NCBI GenBank assembly: GCA_041737175.1
Contig: JBGSSF010000023.1
Coordinates: 145,888-209,887 of the forward strand
DNA: 64,000 nt
Direction: 5' to 3'
DNA from: Bacteroidales bacterium
Lineage (GTDB): Bacteria > Bacteroidota > Bacteroidia > Bacteroidales > UBA10428
Shown here piece after piece: positions 59,006-64,000 of this stretch (its first letter is position 1; every line of letters starts with the position of its first letter). The position numbers and the translations under genes were made by a program. Below the pieces are notes generated by a model. It had not been told where the DNA came from. It saw only the letters and a list, made by a program, of their open reading frames with translations, and did no database searches.

Positions 59006-59524
59006 ATGAAATCACAAACGAACAACTTCAAGAAAATAGCCGCAACTGCCTGTGCTGCTCTTTTAATTACTGCCGGAAGCTTTACACAATCCGCTGCCGG
59101 AAATACGGGTGATGCTACCCTGGTTTCCCTGGTTAACCTTGAAACCATCGTATCACTTACCGAAAAGGCCATCAGGTATACTGCTCCTGCTGTTGCAGCA
59201 TCTGAAGTATACTATGCCGAATTTGAAAGACTGAATGGTCTGGCAGAAGCAACCGAAGCTAATTTGGTATATGAAGCTCCGGAAGCTGATGATGCTGATG
59301 TCACTCCTGGAATGGAAAGATTGGAGTGGATCGCAACTGCCACCGAAGCTTCGCTGAGATATGAAGCCCCGGCTGCCGATGTGAATGAAGTTGCTGTTGA
59401 AAAAGAAAGACTGGATTGGCTGGCCTCTGCTACCGAAGCATCCCTGAGGTACAACGCTCCTGATGCTGACGAAACCGTCTCCACTGAAAACCAGAACGTA
59501 ACAATATTTGTTTGTGCCAAATAA
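59006..59524 (+). CDS. Secreted repeat protein, paralogue 2
   Basis: 172 aa. It is collinear with paralogue 1 (roughly three quarters identical by eye), with the same signal peptide and the same ATEASL[KR]Y.AP repeats. Confidence 0.75.
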   Translation: MKSQTNNFKKIAATACAALLITAGSFTQSAAGNTGDATLVSLVNLETIVSLTEKAIRYTAPAVAASEVYYAEFERLNGLAEATEANLVYEAPEADDADVTPGMERLEWIATATEASLRYEAPAADVNEVAVEKERLDWLASATEASLRYNAPDADETVSTENQNVTIFVCAK

Positions 59525-59566
59525 ATCGTATCAACCTGTTTAAACATCAGTTTCCGGATCACGGAT

Positions 59567-59602
59567 AACCTGCTGTCAGCTCAAAAGCGCAGCAGGTTTT
59601 TT
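59567..59602. terminator. Shared (bidirectional) terminator hairpin that contains the trpA stop codon
   Basis: AACCTGCTG (59567-59575) pairs with CAGCAGGTT (59590-59598), followed by T6. The last trpA codons (KKPAALLS*) are encoded on the opposite strand of this hairpin. Confidence 0.7.
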
Positions 59603-60442
59603 GTTGTAACAGGATATAAATTTTCGGATGTCTTTCTCCAGATCCTTCGATTCCGATAACATCTTCACAAATGCACTGCCGATAATTGCTCCACTGCCAT
59701 ACTCGCATGCCGCAGAAAAATTTCCGTGATCTGAAATACCAAATCCAATCATCGTGGGATTCTTAAGTTTCATGTCCCGGATCCGTTTAAAATAAGAAAT
59801 CTGTTCCTGCGTGAAACTGCCCTTCGCACCCGTGGTGGATGATGAGGATACCATATAAACAAATCCTTTGCTGGCGCTGTCAATTTTGGCAATTCGCCCG
59901 GGACTGGTTTGCGGTGAAATCAGAAAGATGTTATGCAGGTTGTGAAGGGTGAAGAGGGTGTGGAGGTTGTGGTTGTTGTGGTTGTTGTGGTTGTTATGGT
60001 TGTTGTGATCGTTTTGATCATATATCAGTGATCCGGATTCCCCCAGGTATTCTTCCAAAGGCAGATCGGGTAAAATGATTCCGTCAATGCCGGTCTTTTC
60101 AACGTCGTGACAAAATTTCTCCATGCCATACTGCAGCACAGGGTTGAGATAACCCATCAGAAGCAGCGGGATATCAACTTCCTTCCGGATGTCTTTCAAT
60201 TGGTCAAAAAGCAATTTCAGGCTCATGCCATTTTTAAGCGCTTTGCTGCTGCTCCTTTGGATAACAGGACCATCGGCCATCGGATCGGAAAATGGTATGC
60301 CGATTTCGATCATATCAACGCCTGCCTTTGCCAGAGCTTTAATTACAGGAACTGCAGAATCCCTGGAAGGATAGCCCGCCGTAAAATAGATGGATAGAAT
60401 ATTCCTGGATTTATTCTGAAAAAGTCGGTTAATGCGGTTCAT
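59576..60442 (-). CDS. trpA: Tryptophan synthase alpha chain, carrying an in-frame ~27-aa His/Asn-rich repeat insertion
   Basis: The track ORF runs to 60481. The preferred start is M14 (MNRINRLFQNKSRNILSIYFTAGYP) at 60442. TrpA motifs are present (DMIEIGIPFSDPMADGPVIQ, GIILPDLP, IFLISPQT, GFGIS). The spacing between DLP and IFL is 43 aa, against about 18 in E. coli TrpA. Confidence 0.9.
   Translation of the reverse strand: MNRINRLFQNKSRNILSIYFTAGYPSRDSAVPVIKALAKAGVDMIEIGIPFSDPMADGPVIQRSSSKALKNGMSLKLLFDQLKDIRKEVDIPLLLMGYLNPVLQYGMEKFCHDVEKTGIDGIILPDLPLEEYLGESGSLIYDQNDHNNHNNHNNHNNHNLHTLFTLHNLHNIFLISPQTSPGRIAKIDSASKGFVYMVSSSSTTGAKGSFTQEQISYFKRIRDMKLKNPTMIGFGISDHGNFSAACEYGSGAIIGSAFVKMLSESKDLEKDIRKFISCYNKKPAALLS
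59930..60019 (-). repeat. In-frame 9-nt tandem repeat, 10 units, inside trpA
   Basis: Plus-strand units are gttatgcag gttgtgaag ggtgaagag ggtgtggag gttgtggtt x3 gttatggtt gttgtgatc gttttgatc. The minus-strand translation is DQN DHN NHN NHN NHN NHN LHT LFT LHN LHN. Confidence 0.95.
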
Positions 60443-60461
60443 AATATGCTTTGTTGAGGAT

Positions 60462-61667
60462 TTAAAACAACTGATGATCATTCATGTAATTCATGTAGGC
60501 GGCCATATCTTTGTCACCACGACCAGAAAGGTTAACCACCACCACTTCCTTTTCGCCGAATTTGAGCTTTTTCAGAGCCGCCAGGGCATGCGCCGATTCC
60601 AGCGCAGGGACAATACCCTCCAGTCTTGTAAGTCTGAAAGCCGCTTCCAGTGCTTCATCATCCGTGGCATGTTCAAAAATAACCCTGCGCACTTTATGCA
60701 GGTAAGAATGCATCGGGCCGATGCCCGGGTAGTCGAGACCTGCCGATACCGAGTACGGCTCCAGGATCTGCCCGTCATCATCCTGCATCAGCATGGTCCT
60801 GCTTCCATGGATAATGCCTGTTCGTCCGAGTACCATCGTGGCTGCTGACTCGCCGCTTTCGATTCCTTTCCCGCTGGCTTCCACCGCAACGAGTTTTACA
60901 CTATCGTTATCCAGGTAATGATAAAAGGCTCCCGCGGCATTGCTCCCTCCGCCCACACATGCGATAATATAATCCGGGTCGGGACTGCCAGTCTTCTCCT
61001 GCAACTGCCACTGCAGCTCCTCGCTGATAACTGACTGCAACCTGGTCACCAGGTCGGGGTATGGATGCGGTCCCACCACAGATCCAATGATATAATGTGT
61101 ATCGACAGGATTATTGATCCAATCACGTATGGCTTCGTTGGTGGCATCCTTCAGGGTCATATTGCCGCTCAGCACAGGCACCACCTGGGCACCCAGCATC
61201 TTCATCCTTAATACGTTGGGCTCCTGCCGTTCCACATCCAGTTTTCCCATATAAACCACGCATTGCAGTCCCATGAGCGCACAAACCGTGGCAGCAGCCA
61301 CACCATGCTGACCGGCACCGGTTTCGGCAATGATCCTGGTTTTGCCCAGCCGTTTGGCTATCAGTATCTGCCCGACTGTATTGTTGATCTTATGAGCACC
61401 GGTATGATTCAGGTCTTCCCGTTTCAGATATACTTCCGTCCTGTGGTACGCCGATAGTCTTTTTGCATAATATAAGGGAGAAGGCCGGCCGACGTAATCC
61501 TTAAGCAAGGTGGTGAATTCGGACTTAAATTCAGGGTCCTCCAGAATTTTCAGGTAATTCTCCCTCAATTCCTCGATATTCGGAACCATCATTTCGGGAA
61601 TAAAAGCCCCGCCGAACTCACCGTAATAACCGTTTGCATCCACTGAATAGTTCATATTTTGCTGCAT
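60462..61667 (-). CDS. trpB: Tryptophan synthase beta chain
   Basis: 401 aa. GGAFIPE, LKREDLNHTGAHKINN (PLP Lys), GGGSNA and the remainder are canonical TrpB. An alternative start is M5 at 61655. Confidence 0.96.
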   Translation of the reverse strand: MQQNMNYSVDANGYYGEFGGAFIPEMMVPNIEELRENYLKILEDPEFKSEFTTLLKDYVGRPSPLYYAKRLSAYHRTEVYLKREDLNHTGAHKINNTVGQILIAKRLGKTRIIAETGAGQHGVAAATVCALMGLQCVVYMGKLDVERQEPNVLRMKMLGAQVVPVLSGNMTLKDATNEAIRDWINNPVDTHYIIGSVVGPHPYPDLVTRLQSVISEELQWQLQEKTGSPDPDYIIACVGGGSNAAGAFYHYLDNDSVKLVAVEASGKGIESGESAATMVLGRTGIIHGSRTMLMQDDDGQILEPYSVSAGLDYPGIGPMHSYLHKVRRVIFEHATDDEALEAAFRLTRLEGIVPALESAHALAALKKLKFGEKEVVVVNLSGRGDKDMAAYMNYMNDHQLF

Positions 61668-62287
61668 TTAATTTCTTGAATGAATGATTTTACTTTATCC
61701 GGATCTTTCACGCCGGGCGAAATCTCAAACTTACTGTTGATATCTGCTGCGTGCAACAAAGGATGATTCAATGAGCGGATCATTCCGGCATCCTCCAATG
61801 AAATTCCGCCACTTAGAAAGAAATGCACTTCAAGTTTATACCGGTTCAGCAGATCCCAGTTGAAACGAAGACCCGTCCCGCCGAACCTTTCGGTTTGGGT
61901 GTCAAATAAAAAGAAATCACAGACCGGCGCATAGGGTATCAGTTGTTCAAAATCAAAATCCGAACCAATACCAAAGGCTTTGATCACCCTCAAACCGGAA
62001 GAGCCGATTTTTCTGCAAAGATCCGGGGATTCGCTGCCGTGCAATTGGATAAAGCTCAGATTATATTGTTCGGCCCGTTCCAGAATGCTTTCCGGCAATT
62101 CATTGACAAAAATCCCGACCTTTTTTATTTTTACAGGGATCCCTTGGAAAAGGTCTTTGCCGGGATGATCTCCAACAAACCGCTTAGAACCCGGGTAGAA
62201 TATGAATCCCATGTAATCAGGGCCGGCAGCGGTCACTGCCCTGATATTCATGCGATCACGCATACCACATACTTTCACCTTAATCAT
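61652..62287 (-). CDS. trpF: Phosphoribosylanthranilate isomerase
   Basis: The track ORF runs to 62311. The preferred start is MIKVKVCGM at 62287. IQLHG and GGTG motifs are present, and the position in the trp operon fits. Confidence 0.9.
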   Translation of the reverse strand: MIKVKVCGMRDRMNIRAVTAAGPDYMGFIFYPGSKRFVGDHPGKDLFQGIPVKIKKVGIFVNELPESILERAEQYNLSFIQLHGSESPDLCRKIGSSGLRVIKAFGIGSDFDFEQLIPYAPVCDFFLFDTQTERFGGTGLRFNWDLLNRYKLEVHFFLSGGISLEDAGMIRSLNHPLLHAADINSKFEISPGVKDPDKVKSFIQEIKCSKI

Positions 62288-63074
62288 TATCAAAGAATAA
62301 TGATTTGACAAAATCAGAGAATGCCACTGCCGGTTCAGGAGTTCGCATGAAACTTTCCCCGATCAGGAAGCCCTGGTACCCGCATCCTCTCAATTTCTTA
62401 ATAGTCAGGGGTGAGGTAATTCCGCTCTCAGAAATTTTCACAAAATCCGGTGGAATTTCACCGGCCATTTGCACGGAACGCTCAACATCCACGGCAAAAG
62501 TGTGGAGGTCACGGTTGTTCACACCCACCATACTGATAAATTCATTCAGGTGATCCAGTTCAGCTGCCTGATGCACTTCGAGCAGAACCTGCAGATCCAG
62601 GGACCGCGCAAAGCGCGCCAGATTGCGTGTCTGGCCAATATCCAGAACAGCTGCTATAAGCAATACGGCATCCGCTCCAATTGCCTTTGCTTCAACAACC
62701 TGGTATTCATCAATAACAAAATCCTTACGGAGTATGGGTATGGGATTGAGTTCACGTGCCCGCAGCAGGTCCTCATTGGTGCCGCCGAAGAATTCCTGGT
62801 CCGTGAGGATGGATAATCCCGATGCCCCTGAGCGAAAATAACCGGTTGTGACTTCTTCCAGTATCGCCTGTTCGTTAATCAACCCCCTGGAAGGCGACTT
62901 CCTTTTAAACTCGGCAATTATGCCGGTTTTTTCTTCATCTTGGATGGATTCAGTCAGGGATAGGGTCTTTCGGCCATACAGTTTACTTTTCATTAACTCT
63001 TTTACGGGATGCACAACCTGTGCATTTGCCAGTTCCTGTTTCTTGTGGCCGATGATTTTTTCGAGGATGGTCAT
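62280..63074 (-). CDS. trpC: Indole-3-glycerol-phosphate synthase
   Basis: 264 aa. GIIAEFKRKSPS, ILTDQEFFGG, ILRKDF and VGVNNRDL are canonical TrpC motifs. Confidence 0.95.
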   Translation of the reverse strand: MTILEKIIGHKKQELANAQVVHPVKELMKSKLYGRKTLSLTESIQDEEKTGIIAEFKRKSPSRGLINEQAILEEVTTGYFRSGASGLSILTDQEFFGGTNEDLLRARELNPIPILRKDFVIDEYQVVEAKAIGADAVLLIAAVLDIGQTRNLARFARSLDLQVLLEVHQAAELDHLNEFISMVGVNNRDLHTFAVDVERSVQMAGEIPPDFVKISESGITSPLTIKKLRGCGYQGFLIGESFMRTPEPAVAFSDFVKSLFFDND

Positions 63075-64000
63075 GGCTGCATTTCTATTAGTTGTTTAAA
63101 AGCATGGAGTGCCTTGCCGCTTTTCAGTGACTCTTCGGCCATACTCCTGCAGGTTTCAAATGATGAATCCGGAAAATAACACATCAGCGCCATTTGCGCA
63201 TTGGCTATCACCACATCCGTCTGTGCCCGGGTCCCGCGTCCCTGAAGCACTGATACGAAAATAACAGCTGCCTCCTGAACTGTTGTACCGCCATGCAGTC
63301 CGGCAGCATCCGTCAAAGAATACCCAAAGGTTTCCGGCGATACAATCTCTTCCACACCGTTCAGTATGTACTTGAAATCACTGGTCAGTGAAATTTCATC
63401 ATAACCGTCGAGGCTGTAAACAATGACATACCGGGTATCCGATTGCTGGTAAAGATAGTTATATAACCTGGCAAGGTCAAGACTATAAACCCCTACAAGC
63501 TGCTTTTTGGGAAAAGCCGGATTGACCATGGGGCCCAGCATATTGAAAAAAGTCTTTACTTTCAGGGCGCGTCTTACGGGAGCTATGCTTTTCATGGCCG
63601 GATTGAACAAAGGTGCGTGCAGAAAACAGACACCTGTTTTCTCTATTTCCCGGCGCAACTTGTCCTGATCCGCGGAAAATTTATACCCGAAATGTTCCAT
63701 GATGTTGGAAGATCCGCAGGATGAAGAAACTCCGTAATTTCCGTGTTTGGTAACGCTGGCTCCTGCACCGGCAAGCACAAAGGTCGATAAGGTGGAGATA
63801 TTGAACGTATCCTTTCCGTCACCTCCGGTACCGCAGACATCGATGGTGTCAAAGTCATCAAGGTCTATTCTGAAGCACAGGTTCAGCAATGCATCGCGGA
63901 AACCTGCCAGTTCCTCTACCGTAATGCTTCGCATCAGGTAAACGGTTATGAATGCGGCCATTTCCGACTCGGAATAATTGCCCCTGGCAATGTTGGTAAG
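63071..64000 (-). CDS. trpD: Anthranilate phosphoribosyltransferase (N-terminus lies beyond the right edge)
   Basis: CGTGGDGKDTFNISTLSTFVLAGAG and NYGVSSSCGSSN are TrpD motifs. The reading frame stays open upstream of the first Met to position 64000 (..LTNIARGNYSESEMAAF..). There is a 4-nt ATGA-type overlap with trpC. Confidence 0.92.
   Translation of the reverse strand, partial: LTNIARGNYSESEMAAFITVYLMRSITVEELAGFRDALLNLCFRIDLDDFDTIDVCGTGGDGKDTFNISTLSTFVLAGAGASVTKHGNYGVSSSCGSSNIMEHFGYKFSADQDKLRREIEKTGVCFLHAPLFNPAMKSIAPVRRALKVKTFFNMLGPMVNPAFPKKQLVGVYSLDLARLYNYLYQQSDTRYVIVYSLDGYDEISLTSDFKYILNGVEEIVSPETFGYSLTDAAGLHGGTTVQEAAVIFVSVLQGRGTRAQTDVVIANAQMALMCYFPDSSFETCRSMAEESLKSGKALHAFKQLIEMQP

Larger units (their letters stand above)
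57811..59602 (+). repeat. Tandem direct duplication of two ~940-bp units, each with low-complexity leader, conserved promoter block, repeat-protein gene and terminator
   Basis: Landmarks recur at a near-constant offset: gtgattaa at 57812/58758, the TGGCAC block at 58011/58947, the ATG at 58068/59006, and the terminator at 58626/59567. Offsets range from 936 to 947 nt. Confidence 0.9.

Noticed and set aside
58271-59562. 111-aa and 116-aa minus-strand ORFs opposite the two repeat-protein genes
   Set aside because: They are mirror images of the Ala/Glu/Ser-rich repeats, giving an SASAA-type low-complexity product. The plus-strand genes have signal peptides, matching promoters and terminators.
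1-64000. Mobile elements, integrases, tRNA/rRNA genes, and canonical defence or toxin-antitoxin systems
   Set aside because: No transposase, integrase, recombinase, restriction-modification, Cas or toxin-like ORF was recognised. No tRNA-like sequence was recognised in any intergenic gap. The only traces of rearrangement are the tandem duplication at 57.8-59.6 kb and the ABC-gene relic at 49.4 kb.

Overview
This is a chromosomal segment from a Bacteroidota-type genome. Supporting evidence: a SusC/SusD pair, a T9SS C-terminal sorting domain, a 286-aa RpoD, fusA followed directly by rpsJ, and TAnnTTTG -7 boxes. All calls come from reading the sequence and ORF track by eye; no searches were run. 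Positions 1-8 kb hold the str/S10 ribosomal cluster on the minus strand (rpsL-rpsG-fusA-rpsJ-rplCDWB-rpsS-rplV-rpsC-rplP-rpmC-rpsQ'). Positions 9.2-17.8 kb hold a tight minus-strand operon: an STN-domain TonB-dependent receptor, a DUF4249-like lipoprotein, a barrel-less Plug-like protein and a 229-aa unknown, preceded by a 737-aa TPR protein. Positions 18-33 kb hold a SusC/SusD/PKD-lipoprotein locus next to a DeoR-controlled AgaS-AgaZ-PfkB-KbaY operon, a signal-peptide amidohydrolase and a clan-D-like glycosidase. Positions 33-57.8 kb are mostly housekeeping genes (rhomboid, rpoD, TerC, glgB, ribF, ahcY), plus a 1036-aa ABC fusion protein and a GC-rich 1179-aa LTD-CotH-LTD-T9SS protein. Positions 57.8-59.6 kb are a tandem ~940-bp duplication encoding two unrecognised secreted repeat proteins. 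Positions 59.6-64 kb hold trpD'-C-F-B-A. The most unusual observations are the duplicated cassette with its strand-asymmetric short-period repeats, an in-frame 9-nt x10 expansion inside trpA, a 69-nt two-piece relic of the ABC gene, and the PUL-to-tagatose-bisphosphate wiring. No CRISPR array, tRNA, rRNA, transposase or recognisable defence system was found.
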